From: Rhizodiscina lignyota
Lineage: Eukaryota
Length of the DNA stretch: 64,000 bases
Reading direction: 5' to 3'
Assembly: GCA_010015805.1 (NCBI GenBank)
Contig: ML978128.1
Location: forward strand, 806,001 to 870,000
Shown here: positions 48,111-60,019 of the stretch, in pieces
Position numbering within the stretch: position 1 is the first letter of the stretch
How the letters are laid out: every line of letters starts with the position of its first letter
The notes under the pieces: generated by a model
Seen by the model: only the letters and a program-made list of their open reading frames with translations
What the model was told of the DNA's origin: nothing
The model's database searches: none
Position numbers and translations under genes: made by a program

Positions 48111-49271
48111 TTACAACTTCGGGTCCTGAGGCTGCCTACCAGTCCAATATTTCTCGATAAACGCCACGAGCTTGACCGTCTTGATGTCCGGAAAATTCGC
48201 GTTCAAAGCATCTTCCTCTTTGATGTCCAAATCACCCAGTGCCATCGCTGTCCCCAGACCAGCAAACATGCCCAAGATCACATCCGTAGCGTCAAACTTC
48301 TCAGTGCTGTAATGCGCAATATGAGCGTCGTTCGCTGGAATTCTCGTGACCTTACCCTCCCTCAGCTTCTCCAGCGGGTCGTACGCGACGTCGAACTTGA
48401 CGCCCCTGGCCTTCTCCGCGGTAGCGACGATCTCGTGGAAGGTGACCTTATCTCCAATGATCCACGAGTGCTCTTTCCAGCTTCCCGGCTTCATGCCGAT
48501 TGCCCGGCTGACGAATTTCGCCATGTCTGTGGAGTGCGTGAAGACTACCCGCTCCTCTCCAGTACCTGGGATAGCTGCTTTGCATGCCTCAATGTCGACG
48601 AACGGCACCTCGGAGGGCATATAAGTTAGGGCATAAGGTTGTCCAAAGTAGTCCATGAAGTAGCCGTTGTGAAAGAGCGTCCACTCGATAGAGGGGTGCT
48701 TCCGTAGCTCCTTGACTGTGTCCTGCTGGAAGGATTTCCAGATGATCTTCAGGCGACTATGTGTAAGATAAGACAATCATATTAGCAAGTGATCCCCGTG
48801 GTGCTCTGCTGGCCGACTGCTCTTTGAACCATGACACTTCGTGCTCTCCAGGCTCTTGTGGTGATGCATACTCATCGTCCTTCTCATAATCGACAAGCCA
48901 TTCAGTAGGCGCGAATCGCTTTACCGCGTCCGCTTCAGCCGCCGCTCTAATCAATCTGATCTGCCGCTCGAAGACCCCAGGGAATGGTGCGCCGAAAGTG
49001 CAAAGTATGATCTCGATCTTGTGTTCTTCAAACGTCTTCCTCAGATCGTCCTGGTCGTCGTAGGAGACAACGAGAACGCGTACAGACGGAAGATGATCGA
49101 ATACGGCCGATGGCTACCAACAAGCTTTAGTAAACGTCTCTAGAAACGGCAAAGAGGAGATTAGAATACCTTTCGCCCGAGTACGTAGACGTCGTGGCCT
49201 CCAGCGATAAGTCCGTCAACGAGCGTACGTCCAACGTGGCCGGTGCCGCCAGCGACGGCGACGACAACCAT
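48111..49271 (-). CDS. NmrA-like / isoflavone-reductase-like oxidoreductase
   Basis: Exons 49271-49170, 49113-48872 and 48756-48111. MVVVAVAGGTGHVGRT, QIRLIRAA...VKRFAPTEW, EWTLFHNGYFMDY. Confidence 0.9.
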
Positions 49272-49682
49272 TGTGAATACAAGAAATGTAGAATCCTTTC
49301 TTTCAATAAGTACGTCTCACTCGCGTATACATGTACTTGTAGATCCTAATTGAGCAGGTGGTAAGCATAGAGTTATCTCCGTGTCAGGCTGTCAGCATCA
49401 TTTGAATGAATCAAAAGAATTCATTATCAATCACAATTTGCTTTGCATTACTTCCCAAACGACATATAGTCTCTCACATAGTTGCTAACCGTCAATGGAT
49501 GAAGTTATGAATTGGTCAAATTGCATGTACAGACAGCGGATTATGCGAAATTCTGGCGTTAGTTAACTAGGTTAAAGCTTATGCAACCCCCTCCTTCAAA
49601 CCTCTAATTCGGATTTAATACATAGATGCCAAACAAAATAATCGAAACTATTATTGAGCTTGAATTTAGATACTTCCCCGCA

Positions 49683-52600
49683 TTACTTGAAAGGCCCATA
49701 ATATTTGTGAGGATTAGGTGGAGTCAACTTCTGTTGCCAAACAGAGGCAGGGGCTACGAAACGGCCCTCGTCGCTTAATTTGCTCCTTAAATCGGCAGCC
49801 TTGGACAAAAGACCTAGCCTGGTTATCTCCTGATATGCATAATCCTCGGATGAATAACCGCGCAATTCCTGCATATATTGCCTCAGCTGTACGCGCGACT
49901 TAATGGCCAACCGTAAGCGCCTCTCGAAATCTGGACCCTCTAACGCTGACTCGAAAGCATTCCTCAACTCCCAACCACTGAACTCCTCTGTATCCAACTC
50001 CTCCCAATTGTCTATTATAGGACGAACTTCAATTATCATTCCATGATCTTTGGCCAAATCCATCAGGATGCCTTTTTTTGCATCGTTATTCAAGAGTCCG
50101 AGCTCGAGGGACATAGTGATCCGTGAGAAAACACTGTCGTCAATTATCCCTGGTCGATCGGTCGTGAGAAATACCAGGCCGCAATGCGTCTCGAGTGTTC
50201 TAAGAAGGAGCGCAAGGTTATCATCTTGTCCAGAACGCTCTTTTCGCCTTCTCAAAAATATAAGGTCGACATGTTCAAGTAACAGAACGGCGCCCCACCG
50301 TTCCGCTTGGCTTAGTATCGCTTTCAACGCTTGATCAGCCTTCAGGGTGTCTTTAACGGTATCTGCAGAGGATATGCAAATGATGGGCCGTTTAATGAAT
50401 TCAGCGGAATATTTCGCAGTAGTCGTCTTTCCGACCCCGGGACCGCCGTGGAGCAGGAATAATGTTGGAAATGAGGGTGTGTGGCCCGGCTTTGCGTAGG
50501 ACTGAATCACATTGATCACAATATCCTTCGATTCTGCAGGTAAATAAAGCCTTTCCATGGTCTCCGGATGGTACTGTGTCGATTGAAGAGTGTCTACGTC
50601 AAACTCTCCCCAAATATTATCGTCAAGACAGTAGGCTGGTATTTTTGGCGGGCAGGTAAGGGCAGTTAGTGGTTTCAGATGTGACTGCGGGACATGCCTC
50701 AGTTCCACATCAAGCTCTTGCAGTTGGCGCTCTCTAGCGGGTTGTAGCTGCTGGTCAACAATGATACGCCGACTCCTGGTAGCCGTTCTACAGTCCAACC
50801 AATGGACTTTACTGCCCAGCTCCCAATAGCGACGGCCACGTTCGATCAGCTGCCGACGGTAAAGATGCTCTTTTGGGAGATATCCTGCGGGCGTATACTT
50901 CAGATCAGTTATGTCCATCTCCCTGACAAACTGCGGTATCTTCAGATCGTAAAAGCACCTAACGAAACATTTCCCATTGTGACCGACTGCCCATGCCCTG
51001 ATGATGAGTGGACGGTATGCGGTTGGCGAGATTGGCTCCATCCCAGATAGCTCCGAAATGACGAAAGCCCGAAGGCTGCCATCTTCACGAGTATATATCG
51101 TGGAGTTCACCAGGTAAATCATTGGTAGTTCGGCGAATTGAATGACTTTGCACTTTCTTTCTTGGATCTCGACTAACTTGTGAGAGACAAGACTTAGATC
51201 GTCTTCGATGCTCGCCATCGACAGTTTCCTCTCGGGTGGATATCGTACGACAGACGACTGCGGCATTAGCGCCGAAGAATAAGCAACTGACGCTGACTGA
51301 GTATCCTGAGACAGCGATGCAGTGAGAAGGATTTTGATGAGTGAGCTGGTGTCATTCACTAAGTCGTTCAATTCTTTCAAGACGAATTCTCTTTCATCCC
51401 GACCCTCTGAATTTCCAGAAACTAAGAAGTCAATGCTGTCGATGATTATGAATGTGCACGGCGCCTCAGCACTCTTGAGACACTTTGTGAAGAGACCCCA
51501 CAGCAGTCGAATATCGCTAAGGTTTGCTCCTTTGAGGTTACCAGAAAGCTCTTCCGAGATTTCGGGACGCTGTTTCAAGAGCTGCCGAAGGAAGTCCTGT
51601 ATTAACACTCGGTAATTGCTTGGCTTTATCGATTGTCTATTGCCACAGAAGTGCCGTAGCACAACACATGTTTCGAAATTACTTTCTCCAAAAATCAAGA
51701 GCGGTGATACGAATGAGATACCGAATGTTTCTCTCTGAAGAATGTTGTTTCCATCGATCCACAGAAGCCGGGAGGTTTCCGACTCGATCCAGTCCATCAC
51801 CTTTTCGACTTTCAGAATGTTGCGCTGCGTAGATCTGTGTTGCCGCATCTCTGGTAGCTGCTCCGCAATCTTTTGTTGTTGCATGCGTGCTTCGTCAAAT
51901 TCATTCAACTCTGTGAACATCGCAGCCAATTGGCCATCCAAGTCACAGGACTCGTTTGAAAGACCTGCTGGAAGCTCACGGTCGATATAATCGTCCGTTG
52001 TCTCTTTACTGTCGACGCAATGTTGTTCTATCTGTGCTTCAATCCACCGACGGAAGAGATCACTGGTCTGTTCGATGTCACTTGGTTTCGAGAATTTGAT
52101 TGACTCTCCTTCAATAAGCTCCAGTATTTGCGACACTTTCGCAAGGACAACCTGTCCGGTGAAGTGGCTGTGAAGCTGAGTGATATGTATGATCTCCTCG
52201 TATGTTCGCTCAATTGATTGAACCACTGGTTCAAGCCCCTTCCACGGCCTCGTCATGGCTCTGAGAGTATTAACAAAGCGGTTCCTTGCGTAGAGCTTCA
52301 GTGCCTTAGCCAAGAACCTTTGGAAGGCTTCAAGGAGCCTCCCTATCGTCTCGACAAGTCTTGCGCGAGGAAAGTAAGTCGTCAAATGATCGATCATCGA
52401 GAACTTGGTCTTGATCGTTATCATGTACTCTTCAACATTCTTCTTCATTTCTTCATAGTTGACTTGAACAACAAGAAGAAGCTTGACGGCACCATATGTC
52501 AAAGCCACGTATTCCGGTGCTTGACCCACGAGCACGTCCATGACTTTTGTGTATTCATAAGCTGTCTCAGAAGCAGCTCGAAAACCACGTTTGACCATAT

Positions 52601-52976
52601 CAGCAAAGGCACGGTCTGATTCAGGTGTTTTGGCGGGATATTTGCTATCGTGTGCCTCCTTCGCTTGGTGTATCATCTTCAGGACGCTGCTCCGGCTGGC
52701 TTCGTAGGCCCTTCGCTCTTCAGGCTTGGCGAGTTCCAAAAACTCTTCAAGGCGCCGGTCCAGCTTGGCTTTGGATATTTGAACAGTCTCTTGCCGAAGT
52801 ATTTCGTTTGTCCATGCCGTCGAATCCCAGGCTTCACCAGCTTTCTTTTCCTGGCCCGGTACATTTCCTCTTGGGTGAGGCGCTTCTGTACCCACATCCA
52901 TGGCCTGCCAATTATCAGTCCCGATATCTTCTGGCTCAAGTGTTAATTCTGACGTTGCAAATGGCGGCTTTGACAT
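49683..52976 (-). CDS. Large intronless protein: fungal STAND-type N-terminus plus degenerate NACHT-like region fused to a DUF7025/AAA+ ATPase
   Basis: 1097-aa ORF. N-terminal helical segment (MDVLVGQAPEYVALTYGAVKLLL), NACHT-like scaffold (WIESETSRLLWIDG, VVLRHFC, FIIIDSID, IKILLTAS), QLIERGRRYWEL, and AAA+ motifs LLHGGPGVGKTT, WGAVLLLEHVD and LVFLTTDR...IDDSVFSRI. Confidence 0.8.
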   Translation of the reverse strand: MSKPPFATSELTLEPEDIGTDNWQAMDVGTEAPHPRGNVPGQEKKAGEAWDSTAWTNEILRQETVQISKAKLDRRLEEFLELAKPEERRAYEASRSSVLKMIHQAKEAHDSKYPAKTPESDRAFADMVKRGFRAASETAYEYTKVMDVLVGQAPEYVALTYGAVKLLLVVQVNYEEMKKNVEEYMITIKTKFSMIDHLTTYFPRARLVETIGRLLEAFQRFLAKALKLYARNRFVNTLRAMTRPWKGLEPVVQSIERTYEEIIHITQLHSHFTGQVVLAKVSQILELIEGESIKFSKPSDIEQTSDLFRRWIEAQIEQHCVDSKETTDDYIDRELPAGLSNESCDLDGQLAAMFTELNEFDEARMQQQKIAEQLPEMRQHRSTQRNILKVEKVMDWIESETSRLLWIDGNNILQRETFGISFVSPLLIFGESNFETCVVLRHFCGNRQSIKPSNYRVLIQDFLRQLLKQRPEISEELSGNLKGANLSDIRLLWGLFTKCLKSAEAPCTFIIIDSIDFLVSGNSEGRDEREFVLKELNDLVNDTSSLIKILLTASLSQDTQSASVAYSSALMPQSSVVRYPPERKLSMASIEDDLSLVSHKLVEIQERKCKVIQFAELPMIYLVNSTIYTREDGSLRAFVISELSGMEPISPTAYRPLIIRAWAVGHNGKCFVRCFYDLKIPQFVREMDITDLKYTPAGYLPKEHLYRRQLIERGRRYWELGSKVHWLDCRTATRSRRIIVDQQLQPARERQLQELDVELRHVPQSHLKPLTALTCPPKIPAYCLDDNIWGEFDVDTLQSTQYHPETMERLYLPAESKDIVINVIQSYAKPGHTPSFPTLFLLHGGPGVGKTTTAKYSAEFIKRPIICISSADTVKDTLKADQALKAILSQAERWGAVLLLEHVDLIFLRRRKERSGQDDNLALLLRTLETHCGLVFLTTDRPGIIDDSVFSRITMSLELGLLNNDAKKGILMDLAKDHGMIIEVRPIIDNWEELDTEEFSGWELRNAFESALEGPDFERRLRLAIKSRVQLRQYMQELRGYSSEDYAYQEITRLGLLSKAADLRSKLSDEGRFVAPASVWQQKLTPPNPHKYYGPFK

Positions 52977-53779
52977 TGCGGAGCTAACCAGACATTAGAG
53001 CGCGTTACCATGGTTCGATTTTAAGTATACGAACTTCTGTGTGCTAAGCCACGCAGCCTTACGCCGCATTCAGCCTCGTCGCATTTTCCTTCCTATGAAA
53101 ACCGAATAAAATGATTGTACGTGCGAACAGAGAACGGTTAGGTGATTGATCTATCGATCCACTGCCCAATTCTCTAATCTCTATTTAGGCGTTGTGCGAA
53201 ATAAACATTTCTCTCTATCAAGAGCTGTTTGACGGAAGAATAAGGTAGAAGGGATTGTCTAGTATATAAATTGGTCAGTCTTGCAACTCTGTAATAATGG
53301 CGACGTTTCGGTAGGCTGAGCGAATGACAAGTCGCCCGACAGGCTTGTATGCAATAAGTAATGAAAGGAGTAAAGACCACTGCTTCTCCACATGCATGAT
53401 GCAAGTCGAAGACGCCCAGCTGGAGTTTGAATATGCCTCGTTGCCAATTTCGGCTGACCGGACGAACGTCTGCACCTTGCACGCCGCAGAAACCCTTCAC
53501 GCTCATTATTGGGCCCGGTGAAATACCATCCCCGTCGATCTGCGGACTTCTCACTCGAGTTCGGGAAGACGTTATCGTACCACAAGAGTGCCCAGGAGCA
53601 AGATTCAAAGCCGAAGCGCTTTTAACGAAAGGAGGAAGAACAGGTAAGAATGCCCGTCTTCTCCGATATCATTGACCAAAAATGTTAAGTATTTACAAAG
53701 AATATGGGTACTTTTCTTGTTTCGTCATCCCATCTCATGTATGTTTTTTTGTCTCCGTCTCCTCTATTGTGTATCATAA

Positions 53780-55203
53780 TCATGATCCCTTCACGCAGTA
53801 CTGGTATCCCTTCCACAGATTGCTGCATTGGCTGTCAACCTGCGTATTCCATGACTGGAACTGCGCGAAAGTGAAGCCGAACTGCTGGCCCAGCGTCCAG
53901 CAATTGTCCCCGTCGGCGACGGTGTAAAGCTGCGGGCAGGAGCTCGAGACGCCGGGACCAAGCGGTGCCGACGACGAAGAAGATGAAGAGGCAGAGGAAG
54001 TTGTGGATGGGGATGGGGAGGCCGTTGTGGCCGCGGCAGCAGCGACAGAGGCAGAGGAAGAAGGCGTTGATGGAGTTTCGGCCTTGGCTCCGTTGTCAGC
54101 GGGAGAGCCGATCGAGGGGACGCCGGGGACGTCAGTTGCTTGTGGAGAATAGCTGGGGAAACCGCTGAAAGCTGGTGCGCTGAACGTGTGGATGGTCGTG
54201 ATCCTGGTCTTGGTCTTGGTGGAGGTAGGAGTGCTAGTTGGTGCGACAGTAGTAGTCGGCTGAGCGGTAGTCGACGGGCTCTGAACAGCAGGAGTTGAGA
54301 TGGCAGGTGGGGTATACACCGGCGTAGATGCCGCTGAAGTAGGCGCCACCGAAGTAGGCGATGCTACTGAAGTAGGTGGTGCTGCTGAAGTAGGGGCTGC
54401 GGTAGACTCAGCTGGGGGCGAGGTGTTGACAGGCACGTCAGCGCCATCGAGGTTGCAGTCGTGAGGTGCGGATGTCCAGCCAACGAGCCTGTTGGCAATG
54501 TCCGAAGCGTAGCAGTGAGTGGCTACGCCGGCGGCAAGGTTGTTGTCGGTGACCGATCCTGAGTTGTAAATGCGAGCGGCGCGGTAGTACTTGGAGACGT
54601 CGTCGGTGCCAGCCTCAGAAATGCACTGCTTCAAGCCGTCGCCCTGAGAAGTTCCCTCGACACCATCTCTGAGCATCTGGGTGATGGTATCAGCCGGGCA
54701 AGGGTTCTGAACACTGCCACCGTCGTTGCAGGTCGCTGCGCCATCGTGATCTTGCATGAGGCCAGGGTTGCGGACGCCATAGTTGGTTGTTGGAGCGCGG
54801 GGGCAGCCGTTCGATTCCTGCATCATAACGGCACTGCAAGCTAGTCAGCGGCCAGCGTTTATAGAAGATTCGTACTTTCGACTTACAGAATGAACTGCGC
54901 TGGAACACCAGACTCCGAGGCAACAGTTTGGATACCGCTCTTCATATCACTGATCTCCTGATCGGACGGGTTGTCAACGTCCCACTGACTGCAGGAGCCC
55001 TTCATGATGCTCTCGTTCTCCGAGAACATCGTGTCGAAGTCCTGCCACGTGCTTTGGGCCGGCCACGAGGGAGGAGCCCCGCTCCCAGTGTACTGTGTGT
55101 AAGTGGTTGCTGCTCGCTTATCAAAGAGAGAGGCACGGAGCGGTGCTCCAGAAATGAGTGTCGGCAAGCTGCCAGCAGCAAGCAAAGCAAAAATGAATGA
55201 CAT
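53780..55203 (-). CDS. Secreted lysozyme-like (SLT/GH23-like) protein with Ser/Thr/Pro linker and C-terminal LysM domain
   Basis: Exons 55203-54887 and 54833-53780 (intron 54886-54834). Signal peptide; SLT-like motifs FILAVMMQESNG, GLMQ and AARIYNSG; fungal LysM CPQLYTVADGDNC...FQSWN...CSNLWKGYQYCV. Confidence 0.88.
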
Positions 55204-57266
55204 GGTGAAAAGAGTGACTGAGAGGAAGAAACCTAAGCTTCGCTCACGGATCGAAAACTGTGCGATACCTCATGAAAGGAGACAATGGGAGTGAGCCCTT
55301 ATATGAAAATCTTCGAGCAGGGAAGCGCCGCGGGGTGCCATGACAGTGGCATGACTAGTCACCACACAGCTGGTCAAAGGCAGGTAGCGCGGGAGGTGGA
55401 CTGAATGTGACGTGCAAAGTGACATCCATTGCGCCTCACTGGCTGCAGTCTTTGACGGCTCTAGACGCGTTCGGGAGAGCGGCGAGCGTCCTTGTTGGAC
55501 AGTGTCGATGTTCATCTCCTCGAAATGAGAGCAAAGGAGCACGCATCCCTGGGAAGCTTGTTTCGAACAAAGCAGCTGTGGCGTCCGGGCTTTCGGCTAG
55601 TGCAGGGTTCTCGCCGCGTACCTGACGATCTTTCTGGCCATTCTTTGTCTTATTGGCTGTGTCTAGCCTTTCGAACGAGCCTCAACCCCACCAATGCCAC
55701 CTTTCACACGGCTTTCAGACAGCGGACTCGCAGTCTTACTGCTATAGCCCCGGCCGTGCAGCTATTCTTCCACAGACGAGCTGCATGGTTGCGCCGCCGA
55801 GAGAAAAGAAATGGAATGCATGCCCAGCGGTTGTTTCTGTTTCTAGCATGTCACCCTGGTTTGTTTCTGGAATTGTCAAACTCGCCGCCTATCGTAAGCA
55901 GGCATGAAAGAGAAACAAAAAACGCAACATGTTTGTTCACGAGACCGGCTCGCCGAAGACACGGCGTCTGCTGAGCTGCTCTCGCCATCTTTCGTTCCAG
56001 TTGCGGAGGACACCGAGGAGGCGGTGCTACGCTCCGCAAGCTCGGCGGTCGTGCCATTTCGGATGGTTTGGAACAAGCAAAGCTGGGCGGAGGAATGGGA
56101 GCGGAGGACTGACCTCTTCGCACCCCTTTACGTAAAGTGGAAGGTCTCAAGTCACTCAGCGTGAACGCGTGGTGATTCCTTCGCTTGACGCTCGGAGGGC
56201 GAACTTCGTGGTTCCCTGCAGAGGGAAGAGCTTCCACGCCCTGCAGTTGGTCGAGATCTTGTTTCCAAGATGCCCCTGAGCGACTCCGAGCGGAACGGTG
56301 ACCCGGGGCGGGCGTCGCTAAGTGAGTACATAAGGGTACATAGGGGCGGTAAGCTATTGCGCAAGCGACGAAAGACAGCTGCGAAATCCCTGAGGCTAAA
56401 GTGAACGTTTCACGATGCTCACGTTCGCGAGAGTTGAGGGAACGGATTGGTCGCATCGACCACCGTCAGGGCGTCTAGTGCCCGCCTCGGCCTGACCCAC
56501 CCGACTTGTCTCTCCCCGGGAAAAAATGAGAGCTGGAGCGGATTTCGGATCCCAGGGTGGCCTTTGCGATCTCATGCGGTCAATGTTGCACAGCCGCACA
56601 TTCCTCCTGTGGCTGAGGAGCGCATGAATATTGACTGTCCAAGCCGCAGTCCAGATGCCTCTTTGCCACGAGGCATTTCATTGATGGCTGTCTCTCATTA
56701 GCGTCTATCTAAATCCAATATCTGAGTGAGGAACAATTGCGGAATGGCATGTCTTAGAGGTTGTGCACGAACAAACTGTTTGCGCCGTCGCGGGAAAATG
56801 CAGAGGATTTTGTTTTATGAGGCGTTGCCTGCGCAAATGACCTGCTCCTCTTGGACGCCAATGGAGCAATGTTTCGACGATCGCAGCAACCAAGATTCAC
56901 TTCGGAGATTCGTATGGAGCCGAAGTCGGGTTGAAGATGCGATTTGGAAGTTGAAAAGCTTGGGACTATTTGACCTCCGGTCTGCGACAGCTTCGGCGTG
57001 GCTTGAGAACGTCGAGCCAACCAGACGGGAAAGTGAGCGACACGATTTCAAGCAAGATCTGGCAGGTAAGATGATGCATCACAATCAACGAGAGGCAGGT
57101 TACAGAGCTTTGAAGTGCTCATAACTTCATTTCGGATCTCGTATGACCGGCTACTAGTTCAGGTCATTGTCGTGTCAAGAAAAGTCTATTCGCGCCGGCT
57201 TTTGAAGTTCCACGCTGCCTATTGTACATGTCTGGGAGATTGATTCTTCGAGAATGTGAGACATGC

Positions 57267-59343
57267 CTACTTCACCACCTCGTCAATCTCTTGCCTGTAT
57301 CTCTGCTGCGATTCGCACATCTCCAAAAAGACTTTGTACTTGGCGTCCAGCAGCTTCTTTTCCTTCTTGCCCGCGTCTCCTTTGGCCGGATGGACCGCCT
57401 TGCCGACCTTGCTCATCCTGTCCATAATGCTCCAGAGACTCTCGCCCTCACCGCCTTTGCCGCCTTCCGTCGCAGCAGCCTCGCTGGCCGCCTTTGCTCC
57501 GAGCATTGCCGCACCATGGCAAACAGCTGCGTGCACATATCGCGGGATAAGGACTGGCATATCGCAGCTCGTCGCCATGAGCTCCATCAGAATACCATTC
57601 TGGCATTGTGATCCACTCATGAAGATACTGCTGATCTTGTGGCCGGAGCTGTTCATTTGTTCGATGATCTGGCGGGTTTGCAGAGCGATGAATTCCATCG
57701 TGGCATAATAGTAGAGAGCCAGTCCGTCCATGGACTTATCAGAGCTCAATCCGACAACACTTCCACGCATATTGGGGTCTGCGATAGGCGAGCGGTTTCC
57801 GAACAGGTCACCGTAGAAGAAGAAATGCCGGCCAAGGTGGGAAATGAACGGCGCCTTCTCCTTGCCTGCCATCTCGCGCAGATGCTCGTTCAGGTAATCG
57901 TAAATGTTGGTGTTGAATGTTTCAGCCACACTGAGTGCCTCTTGATGCGCAGGATGTGTCTCGATAACATGTTTCAGCAGTTCGCCGGTCGCCGATTGTC
58001 CTCCTTCCGCTAGCCAGTACCCAGGAATAAGAACGTCTCGATATGGGCCCCAGACGCCGTTCACAAACACTGGTTCCGCAGACATAGCCAGATGGCACGT
58101 TGATGTGCCAGCCACTGCTGCCAGTCGCGTAAAAGCTTGTGAAACATCGTTCGAAGCGTGCGTAGCATCAAGTGTCTCGTCATCGAGCTGGACCTTAGCC
58201 CCAACAGTGCCAATCCAGCCAGCATATGCGTCAATGACGCCACTGCCTACCGCGATGCCGGCCGGAAGGCCCATGTCGGCAGCAGCCTTTTGCGAGAGAT
58301 ATCCGCAGACTTGGCCCGCAGTGAGATATTGACCATTCTAAAGTACCGTTAGCTTCCTCTAATTTCCCTCTTCAACGAGTTAAGAATTACTACGCCATTG
58401 ACACCGCCCATGCGCTTGAAGTTATCCTCGCACAAGTCTTTCAGGCCAATGTCTGTGAGGAAATCTTCTTGCCAGCCCTTCACGCTACCATCGACCCCAA
58501 CCGGAACGAATCCTTGCTTGCAGACTACGCTGCAGAAGCTACGCTGTTCGCCGCCAGTCGCCATATGTGTAAGAGCGTCCGTAAGGTCGTAGAATTTGCA
58601 GCGAGCGAACAGCTCCGGCGGCATGTTGTTCTTCAACCACAGAACCTTTGGAATCTCCATCTCAATTGACATCTTTCCGCCCACATATCTCAATAGATTA
58701 TGGTTTGTGTCATTGATCAACTCCGTCTCCTTGACCGGCCTATGATCGAGCCAGAGAATGATGTTCCGATCGTTTCCATCTTTATTATCGAAGTTGGGGC
58801 CAGTCACGCAAACGGGTTGGTCGGTATCTTCGGAGAAGACTGCAAGGGAGCAGGTTGCGTCGAATCCTGAATAGAGCATTAATTGAGTTCCCGGTTCCCA
58901 ATTGTGGAGCCGAAGTCCTTACCAATGCCCTTGATCGTGGAAGGGTCAATGTTATGCTGGTTCATTGCCCGCTGGATCGATGTGCAGATGCACCGCCAGA
59001 TGTTGGTCGTTGATTGCTCATAGTAGCCAGTTTGTGGTTGCCAGAGACCAATGTTCTCAGATGCGAGACCGACAATGTCTCCATGATCATTCATAATGCA
59101 TGCTCTCGCACTGCCCGTCCCGACATCGATCCCGATGTAGTGCTCGATCTGAAGCTTGTGAGATTGGCGAATTCAAAAGGGTAGGGGAATCCGAAAGTAC
59201 CGTTGGATTGATCTGTAAAAGCAATTAGAACTCGCTTTACAAAGCGGTCTGGAGTCGACTCTCACCTCATTTCTAGGGTCAACGGACATTTTCCTGCTCG
59301 ACTGCCGATACGGCGTACGGAAGGGGACTTGAGAGGAAGACAT
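57267..59343 (-). CDS. FGGY-family carbohydrate kinase (D-ribulokinase, YDR109C-like)
   Basis: Exons 59343-59266, 59212-59201, 59148-58923, 58866-58391 and 58337-57267. YIGIDVGTGSARA, GFDATCSL, ILWLDHR, MEIPKVLWLK, VAGTSTCH, GNRSPIADP. Confidence 0.95.
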
Positions 59344-60019
59344 GATGAAGAAAGGAGCTATCCCAAGTCTAAACGGATGCCACACGTTACACAGCGAAAA
59401 AGCTCAGGGTCCAGACTTCAGGGCTTTCCCGCAGTGTACGTGAGGGGAAATGGGCTAAGAAAGTGGTGTGAGGGGAACGGCACAGAGGTAGTTGTGATAG
59501 AAGCAGAGCTTGCCTTGCTTTTGGCTGGTGGTGCGTGAAAAATTGTTGAGCTACTTCTGTTGATCGCCGGCCCCACTACTATGGCTGCATCGTGAGCTCA
59601 TGCTAGGGTAGCGCCAAGAGTCCACGATGGAAAGATTGGCGGGTCACAGAAGGTTAGTCAGGCGCGTCTGCGTCCTGACTGAGGGTTCGGTCGGGCCGCT
59701 ACCTCAATTGAGTGGCCCGATTGGTATGCGGATTCCAAAACTTGGGATTGTCTTGCCACGAGCTCGGGAGACTTGCCTACATGCATACCTCCGCGTCCGG
59801 GAAACGCGTCGAGCTCAGGAACAAGCGCGTGACGAAGTTCTTGGGCGCATTGCGGGGTGCTTCTTATCCGGACATATCCTAGCTTCAGGCCCGGTGAAGC
59901 CCCGAAGAAATTCCGACTCTGTAGAGAGGTAGCGGAACTTACCGCAGGAGTTCGACATTGACGGGGATAGCTGATCGCAAGGAGACGACTTTCATTTACT
60001 CATGTAAAAGTCCTCCATA

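Noticed and set aside
53360..53490. Possible fourth copy of the 220-bp unit (GTTTGAATATG at 53425 and CTTGCACG 51 nt later, versus 50 nt at 44643/44693)
   Set aside because: Only short anchors match and the upstream spacing differs; I cannot distinguish it from chance without an HMM search.
55300..57200. Several 100-200-aa ORFs in the gap between the LysM gene and the FGGY kinase
   Set aside because: Overlapping on both strands with no domain motifs or convincing splice structure; treated as promoter/intergenic DNA.
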